From Octopus sinensis (Eukaryota): a stretch of 64,000 bases of DNA. The notes beneath the pieces were generated by a model that ran no database searches, was not told the DNA's origin, and saw nothing but the letters and a program-made list of their open reading frames with translations. Below are positions 51,797 through 64,000 of this stretch, piece by piece. Location of the stretch: assembly GCF_006345805.1 (NCBI RefSeq), contig NC_043003.1, forward strand, positions 84,382,001-84,446,000, written 5' to 3'. Position numbers and translations under genes: made by a program. The first letter of the stretch is position 1, and each line of letters begins with the position of its first letter.

Positions 51797-52773
51797 CAGG
51801 GTGCGATGGGGAAATTATATTTTTAATTTAGCACATGCGCATTGATTGTTTTTGATTTTGTCGACTACACAGTATAGTAGGGTCAGTAGGGCGCCGTCTG
51901 TGAGAAAATCAGCATCATGACGCAATTCACTTTGCCAGAAATTTAGAAATGGCATGCTGTGCTGCTTGGCATTCGCGCCCGGAAGCTCCAATATGAATAT
52001 TTCAGAGAGTTTGGGTGTCAAACTGAGGACAGTGCAGAGGATTCGGAAAGAGTTGGATGAGTCTAATAGTGATTACGAAGGTACGGCAGCTCGAAAAAAC
52101 TCACTCTGATCGGTCTAATAAGAAAAGAAAAAGTGAATTTGTTGGTGGGATCCAGACCATGATTGACAACGATCCCTCTAAGTCAATCAGGTCCATCACC
52201 AGGGTATGGGAATTTCTGAGTTTCTTATCAGGCAGGTAGTGCATGAAACATTTGGTATTCGTCATACAAGATGGGAAAGGGCCAATTTTTATCCCAAGCC
52301 ATCAAGGACAAGAAGAAAGACCGCGCTACGAACAAACTCAAGCATCATCTCCAACCTTACATGCTTTGGTTTTTCTCGCGAGAAAAATTTGTCAGAATCA
52401 CATGGTGAACACACCGAGCAACCGTAGGTTTGTCGTGTCCCCAAGACATGTACCGAGAGTGATTAAACTCAAACATCCAGTCAACATTATGGTGTTTTAA
52501 GTGATCACTAATGGTGGCGACGTTAGGCCTCCATTCATCTTCCCACACGGCCTCACATTCAACACGGAGGCCTACGTCAAGTGCCTGGAGGGGATAGGGA
52601 TGCCCTGGGTCAAGAGATTGGCTGCTTGGAAGACTATGTCATAGCTGTCAGGTAATTTCTGCGACCACATCGACCCTAACATCTTGCTACCTAACTCTCC
52701 AGACTGCAACCCCCACTGATTATTATGTATGGAGTACAGTTGAGCGAGAGGCCAATAAAACTCCTTGTAACAC
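51797..52773 (+). mobile_element. Decayed Tc1/mariner (maT/DD37D-like) transposon, left part
   Basis: TA^CAGGGTGCG left end. Remnants MLWFFS, KHPVNIMVF, PPFIFPHGL and PNSPDCNP.DYYVW. The second catalytic-D segment is deleted and the right end is lost at a SINE. Confidence 0.75.
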
Positions 52774-52774
52774 C

Positions 52775-53055
52775 GTTTTCTACTATGGCCTCGGGCCGGC
52801 CAATTCTTTGTGAGTGGATTTGGTAGACGGAAACTGAATGAATCTTATCATATATGTGTGTGTGTGTGTATGTGTGTGTGTGTGTGTGTGTTTCCCTATC
52901 ATCGCTTGACAACCGATGTTGTTTTGTTTACGTCCCCGAAACATAGCGGTTCGGCAAAAGAGAGCGATAGAATAAGTACTAGGCTTACAAAGAATAACTT
53001 CGACAAAAAGCGGTGCTCCATCATTGCCGCAATCAAATGATTGAAACAAGTAAAA

Positions 53056-53060
<5 letters not shown>
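52775..53060 (+). mobile_element. 5'-truncated SINE family A
   Basis: TGTGAGTGGATTTGGTAGACGG...CAATCAAATGATTGAAACAAGTAAAAGAATA. Confidence 0.85.
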
Positions 53061-53098
<38 letters not shown>

Positions 53099-53402
53099 AT
53101 TCATACGATTCTCACATGGCACGACTTAAACCGTGTATCTGAGGTAATCACTTACTGAGTGCTTCACAACACATTTGAAATTAGCAAGGTCTATGATCTA
53201 TCTATCTATATAAATGGAAAGACAGAAAGGGAATGGGGAAAAGCAGACGTGCCTATGGAAGCCATTCATTCGCTTAAATGTCGAGCAATGTAGCTCCAGT
53301 TCGAAATAGTTGTAGTGTGACACAATGATTGGTTTAGAGAGAGGTTGGATAATGGTGAGATACCGTGTGCTTGCTTATATATACATATCCATATATATAT
53401 AC

Positions 53403-53448
<46 letters not shown>

Positions 53449-53601
53449 GTATGATTGCCAATATATATGTGTGAGTGTGTGCGTGTCTACACATATATAT
53501 GAGTATGTGTGTATTTAATGTAGGTATATAAGTGAGAACATGTAGTATGCTGTATGCGAGAGAATACAATTTCGTTAGAGAATAAGGGTAGAAGTAGAGA
53601 G

Positions 53602-53646
<45 letters not shown>

Positions 53647-53957
53647 CAGAGGGAGAAAGAGAGAAAGTTGAGGAAATAACGCAGGTGACATTCGGAAACA
53701 GAAAGGAAGTATATTCTTTGGAGAAGAAAAAGAGTAAGAAACGAAGAAGAAAATGTATTGGGAACAGAGAGAAGGAGAGAAAATTTGTCAAGTGGTGTAC
53801 GGATAGAGAGAGGGAGAGAGAAATGGAGACAATATGAGGGAGAAAGAGTAAGAGAAACAGAGAGAGTTACATAAAGAATATGAGCGAGAGGAAAAGAGAA
53901 TGCGAAAGAATGATTATAATAGTGATAGAAAGATAAAAGAAGTTAGAAAGAAGGGAC

Positions 53958-54002
<45 letters not shown>

Positions 54003-54052
54003 ATACGATATAAGACGGTGTTAAATATGTATGCCACAAAGAAAGATAGCGA

Positions 54053-54098
<46 letters not shown>

Positions 54099-54298
54099 CA
54101 GACAGAGAGAGATAGACAGACAGACAGAAGTAGCTCATAAAAGAATTCTGTAGGTAGGTATTTTGGTAGACATGGTAGCTAGACAGATAGATAGATTGAT
54201 AGATAGACACACAAATAGATAGATAGATAGATAGACACACAAATAGATAAATAGATAGACATACAAATAGATAAATAGATAGACATACAAATAGATAA

Positions 54299-54371
<73 letters not shown>

Positions 54372-54386
54372 CAGACAGACACACAA

Positions 54387-54463
<77 letters not shown>

Positions 54464-55259
54464 GCTAATTCAGTAGTTGTCCTTTAACCCGCGATTTACT
54501 ATACATGTCAATCTATGATATTAACCCTCTCGCTTCATTCTGCAGCTCTTTCATCTCCAGCTCAACTTTGCTTGTCCCTAACCCAGAGGATAAGGTCCTT
54601 CACCCCCTCCACTCACTACTACTTATCTAGAGATACCACTACAGCCTTCCCCCCACTTCTTCCTATTCAATCTACTACTATGAAACAAGATCCACAAGGC
54701 AGGTAGTCATCATGTTTGACATGGCATCGGTAACTCAACGAGATCGATAATGGCGAATGGCATCATTCTCTGTACAACAGCTAGTGTAGCTACAGTAGCA
54801 TCAGCAGTGGCAATAGCAGTAGTAGCAACAGCATCTGCAGCAATGACAGCAACATTGTAGCAATATTCCTGCTTCCAAGCAGTGCCACATGGAAGGACTA
54901 TTTATTCGTATTCCAGAGACGGTGTAATTCGAACCGTTATTATAGAAATATTGGTGCCCGACATTGTGGCAATGCCAAATATTTCTTTAGGAAGCGGATG
55001 GGTTGAAGGATATAAGATTTATTCGGCCCTCAGTACTTGACTGGTACTTTATTTTATCGACCCCGCAAAGATAAAAGGTAAATTTGACTTCTTCAGGATT
55101 TGAACTGAGTACGTAATGAGCTGTAACTAAATACCACATGACGCTTTCTCCGACGATCTAATGATCACCGTCGTCGTAGTAGTAGTAGTAGTGTAGTAGT
55201 AGTAGTGGCAGCAGCAGCAGCAGCAGCAATATGCCTCATCTCCATATCGCATGATAGTT

Positions 55260-55470
55260 GTAAAAGAACGTCACCGTCTTACCAGCGACACCATTCGCTT
55301 GCAATCTTCCATGAAAACATGTTTGGTCATGGGGAAACATCATGCTTGGGAAAATAGTGAGGGTTAGCGACAAAAGGGGCATCCGGTTGTAAAAAAATCC
55401 GCCTCACCGAATTCCCTCTGACCTACGGAAGCTGGCAAAGTGGACGCTAAAACGATGATGATGATGATCA
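55260..55470 (+). mobile_element. SINE-like 3' fragment with (GAT)n tail (RTE-type tail)
   Basis: GGGCATCCGGTTGTAAAA...AAGTGGACGCTAAAACGATGATGATGATG. Confidence 0.5.
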
Positions 55471-56259
55471 TAAGTTTGTAGATACTTCATTAGTGATTGG
55501 TTTTAAATTTGACTACGAAGTATATTTGCCTTCGGGTGAGAGGAACCCTGTGTTCTAATTAGATGATCGAACTGTTATATAGCAAATTCGATCTTATTAA
55601 ACTTCCCTGTGCTACTGTACTTCATTTAGCAAAATCGTATTTTAGTTCTAAACAATATGATCTAAGACCTAATTATGCAATTTTATCCTTAAATCAATAA
55701 ACCATTAGATTTTGGTCGTAGTTATTCGATTTTAGCTCCAAATCAATAAGAACACGATATGTATCTGATAGAATATATCTGATACATACGATCAGCTAAC
55801 TTTGTATTAAAGAGGTTATCAACACCGCATTATACCGCGCTGATTTACATTTCCGCGCCATATTTCTCATTAGAATAGACTGTATTACATAACAGAAATA
55901 TACCACATACCAAGGATATCACGTCTCGATGTTAAAGAACTGATCACTAGATCAATTTTTGTAGAGAAAACGTAGTTACACTAGAGCAGCATAACTGCTT
56001 TTAAAGTTTGCTTTACACACCGTAGTTCAGCATTCAATCTTACGGAAAAATAACTTGGACATGAATCTTCTGCTATAGCCTCGGCCAATTCCTTGGGCGT
56101 AGAAGTTAGTAGATAGAAATTTGTGGAATCCGCTTGAGCGTATATACGTTCGTGTGTGTGTGTGTGTGTGTGTGTGAGACGATCTCTATAGCTATCTAAA
56201 TATAAAACAATATTGAAGTCACAACTTCACACGAGCCAAAGTCTCAGCTCTCCTCAACC

Positions 56260-56450
56260 TCCGTCGACGAGGTGACATCTTCATACAACCGGCCGACGAG
56301 GGCGGAGCAGACGTGATAAGGCGCGCGCCGACTCCTACACGAAGGAAGCGTTCTATCAGCTTTGCAGCTTCGCATTCTATCGCCTCTTGTCCCCCGACGT
56401 CACCTCTTTTTATATGTAGCGCGTGCCCTCAAGCATCCGCGAACTCGTCT
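56260..56450. promoter_or_regulatory. CpG-rich, promoter-like island
   Basis: GGGCGG, GGCGCGCGCC and GACGTCA, plus TATAAAAA on the minus strand at 56414-56407. CpG density is far above the flanks. Confidence 0.4.
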
Positions 56451-57009
56451 CCTCCTCTGCCCTCCCCAATACTGCCACCAACCTCAATCTTCACCCACCT
56501 CACACTTCTAGAGGTCGGTTATGTAAACCTAACGTTGCCCCGGGGCAACGTGAAATGAGTAATCCTGCGACAGACCAGCGTTCCGTCCAGAGGTGGGGAA
56601 TATATACGGCCACAGAACCTGAGAAAGCAACCTTATGAGCCTATGGCTTGAGAAGAGCTGGCAGAAACGTTAGCAGATGTTGATAGTGACATCGATGTTT
56701 CGCTGATCGTCGGCTTCATCAGACAGTGTGTCAAAGCTAAATTTTCAAGTAAAATTTTTAAGTCACTTTCAACATTTTGTGAAAACCAACTTGACACTCT
56801 ACTTAAATATATTGAGTGATTCTCCAACAAATGTGCAACTATTTTTATGCATGCATATATATAACAACCATATATATACACCGCCATTTTAAAATCAACA
56901 GCATCAGTCATCTTAGTTCCTAGAGTAACCTAGAATGGTCATGGGAATTCGCAATCTGGTCTCCTTGACTAAACTATTTAAAACAAAATAATTAAGATCG
57001 TAACTAATG

Positions 57010-57225
57010 ATAACAGTTTCAAATTTTGGCACAAGGCCAGCACATTTCAGTGGAGGGATAAGTCGATTCCATCGACTCCAGTGCTCAAGTGGTACTTACT
57101 TTACAACATCGAAACGAGGAAAGACAAGGTCGACATTAATAGATTTTGAACTCAGAACGTTAAAACGGATTAAATGCCGCTAGGCATCTTGTCCGGTGCG
57201 GTAACGATTCGGCACCCTCACCTTA
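57010..57225 (-). mobile_element. SINE family B, degenerate (plus a fragment at 57235-57310)
   Basis: TTTCAAATTTTGGCACAAGGCCAGC...GAACTCAGAACG. Confidence 0.7.
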
Positions 57226-57644
57226 GAATACTAATAGTATTTTCTACAATAGGTGCAAGGCCTGAAAATTTTGAGGAAGGGAAAGTCGATTACATCGACC
57301 CCAATACTGCCAGCTCAACTACTACTACTACTACTACTACTGCTACTACTACTACTACTACTACTACTAGTAGTAGTAGTAGTAGTAGTTGTTGTTGTTG
57401 TTGACGGAATAGTGAATTGGGTCTAATCAAAGATTTGAACACTGACAAAACCCTAGCCGCTAATTGCTTAAAGTGATTCCATTTAGGGAAGTTTGGTTTG
57501 ATTGTTTGTTTATTAGTTTTTCAACTACAGAAAATAATTTCAATATATTTCCGATTCAGTTAATTACAAATGAAATCACGCTCGCTTCACTTCCTTTTCA
57601 TTTTCAATGTTAGCTAATTTTATATTTCGTCGTTATTACATAAC

Positions 57645-57691
<47 letters not shown>

Positions 57692-58231
57692 GGAGAAGAA
57701 GAAGAAGAAGAAGAAGACGACGTTACTGTTTTGTTGAAATTGTTTAGTTTTCCATTAATATTTCTTGAATTTAATTAAGGATTCTTTCATGAAGAATACT
57801 AACAGTCTCAATAATGTTTGTGTTTACGCAGCAATACGGTGGATTTTTTTTTTCTCTTGCATGTGTTGTTTTTCCCTCCAAAAGACACCGGGACGACCGG
57901 TTAACTCATAAGAAATGGAGAGTAAAAAAAATTGACAGACGACGGAAAAAATATCAGAGAAAATACTCGCTTCCTCTGCGTTACGGATGCTTTGTGTTTC
58001 CCGTAAAATCTTGCCGTAATGCAGAATTCTGTAACGTGAAGGCTATTTTGGTATTTTCCATTCACTCCAGTGACACATAAAAGTCAATGAGGCTTCCCAT
58101 ATTACAAGGCAATATGAAAGTTTCTCTTGTGGTATCTATCACAGTATAGTTTGTTCTAACAGAACATCTGCGTTTAAGTGGGATAAATATTACCTCGCAG
58201 TGTTAATATAACTTCTGACGCTAATATATAT

Positions 58232-58278
<47 letters not shown>

Positions 58279-58339
58279 ATAATGTTGGTCACCAAAATAT
58301 GCAACCTGTAATGGAAGCAAATAAACATTGGATATATAT

Positions 58340-58374
<35 letters not shown>

Positions 58375-58868
58375 GCGTGCATATATGTCTTTATGTTTGC
58401 GTTGTGTCTGCCTCGCACCACCGCTTTGTTGTTGTTGTTTTAACCCCTGGTCTGATTCGAACTGGCTTATTTTGAAAGTGTTACAGCCGTGATCATCTCT
58501 CTTTATTTTCAGACATAGTATATATCTAAGAACAGAGAGGAAAGTCGAAAGAGGTTTTGTACCCTTTGGTAACAGTCCGGCTTGAGACCTTACCTAGGAG
58601 CTACGCAACAGCAACAACAACATCAAAAACTAACATCGTTCTGAATAGTCGTCACTTACAAGCCGCCAAAACTCAAAATATTGGGAGAATAACCGAATTT
58701 ATGAATAAACAAACAGTAGATATTTTATCCTGCGTTTTATACTTGATGTTTTGATTTAAATAAGACTGAAATGTGTTTCGCAGGTGAATTGTCAGGCAAG
58801 TGATTTGATTTGAAACTGAAATGATTCCAGCGTAGAAGACGTCTTTTGGTATCCATTCAAAAACTCAC

Positions 58869-58946
58869 AAAAATTGTGAACTTCACCGAATCATTATTAT
58901 TTGATGTCGAAATTTTCGTCGCAACCTGACAACTGACGTGATTCAA
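58869..58946 (-). CDS. Weak candidate exon (78 bp, phase 0-0), LNHVSCQVATKISTSNNNDSVKFTIF
   Basis: Acceptor ...GATGCAG and donor GTGAGT with an open frame. Not phase-compatible with 61222-61249 unless another exon intervenes. Confidence 0.22.
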
Positions 58947-59717
58947 CTGCATCGAATTTGTGAAATAGACCACAAATATGGAAGGGTGAGGCACAGAGTA
59001 CTATAGAAAATATATCAACAGAATAGACCGTGAATTATGAGACAGGCTACAGACTGAGTGAGAGATCATCAATAAATATACAGAAATTAGATCACAAATT
59101 ATGAAGCTGGCAGACCATAAACAAATATAGATGACAAATTATAAAGCTGGCTATAGAGTGAGATAGACAATGAATGAATAATATGAATGATGAGAAGAGT
59201 GGAATAGACCACAAGAACAGGCTAATTTGAGAGACTACGAATCAGATTTTAAGTATAAAACATTCATATAATTATGTCGAACAGTCCCAAAAGGTCTGAA
59301 ACTTTGGTGGAAGAGGTTAGTCGTTTAATCTGACATATAAATCACACATACACATGCGTCTACACATATACACATCAATAACGAAGTTCGTAAATTTGTT
59401 TCCGTTCAAGTATCGCGAATAGAACCTGACGATTCGAGTCAACAATTCCTCTGAGAGTAAACCTACTTGAATATAGATTGTACATATTTTTTTAACATGT
59501 TTCAGTCACTGGACTGCTGGGTACTTGATAGAAAAGGCAATTGGTGCATATGCTTATTTCAAGGGTTATTGCTGCCCTGCCTTCTCGTCAGTACTTCATC
59601 TAACCATCATCTACCATCCTGGATAGGGTCTCAGGCAGGACTTTTGTCAATGAGTACAAACCTTTCAAGTGCACTCTCCTATCTGTGTGTGTGTGTATAC
59701 ATCCACACACACACACG

Positions 59718-59773
<56 letters not shown>

Positions 59774-60059
59774 GTGAGGAGATAGAAAACAGCATACAGG
59801 AAAGGAAAGACAGAGCAAAATCTTCGAGACAATCAGTCAGCTCTTCTGGCCACGTTTTTCACCCGGAGATTTGGAAATATTTTGAAAATACCTTTGCAAA
59901 GCATTTATGTAACACATCCATACGTGCGGGTGCGTATGTGTGTGTATGTGGGGGGGGGGGGCGCAAGCAAGTAAGCATGCGTGCATATGAGTATAAACTC
60001 ACCCCAAGATTCTCAGCTTTGTTACTGCCCAAAACAAAATCCTAACAAGAAACATGTTA

Positions 60060-60265
60060 AGTGCAACTTTGGCTCCACACGACCATTAGCTCCTACACGC
60101 ATTTTTTTCTCTCCTTGTTTCTTTTCTGTGTATCTTTCTGTCGAAGAACGTAGGCTCGAAACGTAAAAGACTTTTCTATTTCTATTCCTGAGAGCCATAC
60201 TAATACATTTGCTTGTTTGTACTCCACCTGCTTTCGTCTTTTCTTTATTTTCGTAATCCTTCCCG

Positions 60266-60267
<2 letters not shown>
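60060..60267 (+). mobile_element. PLE-like 3' end fragment ending in (TA)n
   Basis: TLAPHDH* at 60066 resembles the PLE C-terminal motif T..P.GLN and is followed by a hammerhead-like motif. Confidence 0.45.
60133..60170 (+). ncRNA. Minimal type I hammerhead-like motif
   Basis: TCTTT | CTGTCGA | A | GAAC-GTAG-GCTC | GAAA | C-GT-A | AAAGA, with palindromic ACGT as stem III and a GUA triplet. A6 is U and stem II has one mismatch. Confidence 0.5.
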
Positions 60268-60360
<93 letters not shown>

Positions 60361-61002
60361 TATAGATAGATAGATATTTGTGCGTTAGTGTGAGTGCGTG
60401 TGTGTGTGTGTGTGTGTTTGTGTATGTGCGTGTGAGAGTGTACATGTGCCACGCGTGCGGAGGGAGGGCTTATATGCTACCCATTTAAACATGTTTAATT
60501 TTGATTCAATATAAAATAACACATGTTCAAGATTTGTCATTAAAACTGATATGGAGCATACTGTTGCGATTATCATTAGCCCACTGGATAAGAAAAAAAA
60601 GTAATAATAATTCTAAATGTTTTGCTTCATATTCGCACGAGAAGAAATATACACCTTCTGCCAAATTTCTAAGTCAATATCCGGTAGTAATATTACATAA
60701 AAATAAATTAATTTTGTAGAAAACAGCACGAAGGAAATCCGGCATTGGTCTGTTTCACCGAAATGCTTTTCAGTTGGAATAGGTAAAATGTTTCCTGGTT
60801 TTTAATGAATGGTTTCGGGTCATAAATCTCTAACCAGATGATGTGGATTATTGATTATTGATCTACTAGAATCTATGTATCCAAGACGAAGTGAAGCATG
60901 AATGACAAAACGGATGAGATGTTACGGAAGCACAAGAAAAAAAGAAAATGAAATAAAAGATGAGAGAGAGAGAGAGTGATCGATAGATAGATAGATAGAT
61001 AG

Positions 61003-61038
<36 letters not shown>

Positions 61039-61221
61039 CAGATATATATAGAGAGAGACAGGGGTAAGTGGGAGGAAGGAGTAAAAGACATAAAGAGAAA
61101 ACGAATGAGAAAAAGAAAGAATGTCTTGCCCATTGGCTTAACTAAATCCTCTTGGCAGCATCTCATGACGAAACTGCATAGTTACTACCTTACCTTCTCA
61201 CAGATCAAATCACTGACTTAC

Positions 61222-61249
61222 TCTGTTTCTGTGTAGAACATGATCGAAC
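61222..61249 (-). CDS. Candidate microexon (28 bp, phase 1 to 2), GSIMFYTET
   Basis: Acceptor ...GCATTATCGTTAG and donor AGA|GTAAGT; in frame with the 63046-63099 exon. Confidence 0.45.
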
Positions 61250-61321
61250 CTAACGATAATGCAACTTAAATGAAAATGTCATGAGAGGCCGGCTGAGATA
61301 CTTGAGAATTTATATATTTTC

Positions 61322-61527
61322 TTATTTCTTTACTGCCCACAAGGGGCTACACACAGAGGGGACAAACAAGGACAGATAAACAGATTAAGTCGACTGGTAC
61401 TTAATTTATCGACCCCGAAAGGATGAAAGTTGACCTCGGCGGAATTTGAACTCAGAACGTAGCGGCAGACGAATTACCGCTAAGCATTTCGCCCGGCGTG
61501 CTAACGTTTCTGCCAGCTCGCCGCCTG
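61322..61527 (-). mobile_element. Monomeric SINE B2 with internal deletions
   Basis: Tail TATTTCTTTACTGCCCACAAGGGG and intact head TTCTGCCAGCTCGCCGCC. Confidence 0.85.
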
Positions 61528-61641
61528 AAATTATATATTTCTAGGCGCATTACGGCCAAACAATTTGAGTGATAACTTGACATATTTATTCCTGCTTTGT
61601 TCTTTTCCTTACTGTGTCATTATGAAACTGACATCACGCTA

Positions 61642-61680
<39 letters not shown>

Positions 61681-63045
61681 TACACACAAAGAAAAAAACT
61701 CCAAAGTTTTCAAAATATGTTACGTTCAAATTAGCCTCAATGCACATACAGAATCATCTAAAAATCCATTTATATTAATCAAAATATACTATATTATAGA
61801 TCCATTATAGACGATCTTATCAATCGGTTTCGTACAGGATATTAAGTAATCAGGTGATTATCTAATAACAGCGGTCGTCAGAAACGGAGCGGGGTACGGA
61901 AACATCCATCTCTGACACGCGCAGTTATTACATAATTAGCTGGTTACTTAACATCCTGTGCGAAACCACCGATTAGTAAGATCGGCTGTAATGGATCTGT
62001 AACACTGCATATATAACTCCACAATATGTAACGATCACTACATTTTTAAAATACAAGAAATCAAGCTTTATATATAACGCTAAATTGTTTTCAATTTGCT
62101 ATATGATATCATCATTCCTGGAAGAGAATTTCTATTTTCAATTCTTTGTTTATTCTTTCTTTCTTTCTTTACTTGCTTTTTGGCACAATTATGCTTCGTT
62201 TTATTTTGAGGCTAAAGACTAGACGAATTTTATATTGCAACAAGTAATGCAGGAAGCATACCTGGTAGAAATTTCTTTTACAAATAAATATAAAGGAATA
62301 TATTAGATATAAGAGCCGAAAACGAAAATAACTTTACAGACTTTTGGGAATGTATGAATAATGCAATAGTATCATGTACCGTTTATCTATAATCGTTTAA
62401 ATATTATCCGCAAGGTGTGTACCACACCGAACATGACACGACACAACACAAATTAACACGTTTTGACAATAACAACTAATGAATTTGAATAGATGTTAAT
62501 GTTTTGTTGACCATCATGGAATATTAACTGACCGTTTTCATGTCAGCCTCTCAGGCTACACACGTGTCAAATAATGAATTCTTTCCTGTTCAGTGAAATA
62601 GTCAAGACAACAATATGGTATAGTAACCTCTTAGCACTTTAGTAAAAAACATTTGTTTATACTTTCTTTTCTTTTCGACTTTTTTTTCTTTTGACAAGTG
62701 AATTGATATATTTGGTGAGCCTTTCATTCTCACTTCAACAAGTAGCAATTATGATGAAGGGTGTGCTTTACGGATGAGACCATAATATGCCTGAAGCATG
62801 TTCAGAGTTGCCTCCCATACATACAGAAGAAATTGAAATAAAATATCAGTCTTTTGCCAAATCTTATATTTTTCCTTTAATGCGTAATTAATGTTAGTGA
62901 ACCTTTTAATTCTTCCCCACCACCTCCTCTGCATTAACCATATCGGTATTAACGAATACATTTGATTATTAACTACCAGCAGCATGACATCCTGTTGAAT
63001 GCCAGAACTGGCTTCCGGTCTTAAGCTAAAATGCACACAACTTAC

Positions 63046-63099
63046 CCGAGTCTTTCGATGATTTATAAGTACGTTCGTAGAGGCCATTCTCAGTAACGT
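63046..63099 (-). CDS. Probable internal exon of an unidentified host gene (54 bp, phase 1-1), DVTENGLYERTYKSSKDS
   Basis: Branch-point-like CTCTAAC, acceptor TTCCTTTTCATTTCAG and donor CGG|GTAAGT. The length is a multiple of 3 and the frame is open. Confidence 0.65.
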
Positions 63100-64000
63100 C
63101 TGAAATGAAAAGGAATGTGTTAGAGGTAACATGCCATGCGGTTAGAAATAGTGGAAGGTTCGCCTGCTTTTTGAAGACATTTCAGAGATACACGAGAAAA
63201 GGAAAAAAAATGGGATACGTCAAGGGTTAATTTGGTTAATTAACGGCATGGCAAGATAAATATACAAAAGTCAAAGTTCAAAGGTTAACAAAATGTCACA
63301 TATCACAAGAATGGTCAATCGGTTTGTGGGAAAGAAATCAAGCTTAGTAACAACAATGGAGAATTGGGAATACAAGAGTTCTAGATTGATTCAAATGTTA
63401 AGGTGTGTAAAGGCTGCGGATAGAAATAAGCTAGGAAATGTGATGCACAAGAGAATATATAGGCTGAAAAGAAAGAGAAAATTTAGAGAGAACAGAGAGT
63501 AACAGAGGAGTGAAATGGAAGTTGAGAAAGTAGGAGAGTTAGAAAGAAAAGAGAGTGAGAGAGAAAAATAGAGAGTTAAGAAAAATGATGGGGTAAAGTT
63601 TGGTAAAAAAGGAAAAAGTATATCAGACACACAGAAACTGAAGAAGAAAGAAAAGTAGAGAGGGAGAGAGAGAAACAGCTATAGACGAGGAAAGAGCGAC
63701 GACAGACAGACTGATAAGGATAGAAGGGAGACAAGCAGGTAGAAGGAAGGTAAGTGGTTGAAAGCAAGGTTGAGATTAGGAGTTGAAACAAACAAATGGG
63801 TTGCAAAAATAAGTCATGCTTCACAAAGTAACTAAATAACAGAACAAAAAATAAATCAAAAGCCATGCTAAAAAAAAAGTAAACAAACAAACAAACAAAA
63901 TCATGCTGAAGGAATACGGGAGAGTTTAAGAAGACAAAAGCAACAATTTCGAATTATCGAAGACAGACAATTGGCTATACAGACAGATCAATGAACTTGG

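Noticed and set aside
63290-63480. Possible RTE C-terminal remnants (also ~23900-23980 and ~27290-27400)
   Set aside because: Only faint GH..R and A.DR echoes, too decayed to call.

Overview
AT-rich, microsatellite-saturated animal genomic DNA, most likely from an octopus. That is an inference from the SINE repertoire and the repeat landscape. Nearly all ORF-track entries are translations of (TA)n, (CA)n, (GGT)n or (GA)n tracts and are not genes. No complete host gene is visible. There are only a few candidate small exons on the minus strand, the best being 63046-63099 and 61222-61249. The recognisable content is mobile DNA: several tRNA-derived SINE families, two CR1/L2-group LINE pieces (one with a near-intact RT), RTE remnants, a fragment of an REL-endonuclease LINE, a decayed maT/mariner transposon and Penelope-like element (PLE) remnants. 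The most interesting signal is a set of type I hammerhead-ribozyme-like motifs. One sits in every unit of a ~543-bp tandem array (4138-8119) that has an inverted first copy and lies between (TA)n tracts, which resembles a retrozyme or PLE pseudo-LTR array. One lies just downstream of a PLE RT-thumb/GIY-YIG remnant (36864). A third, minimal one is at 60133. A second highlight is a covarying 3' stem-loop shared by two LINE families and the main SINE. All family assignments come from motif recognition by eye; no database search was run.
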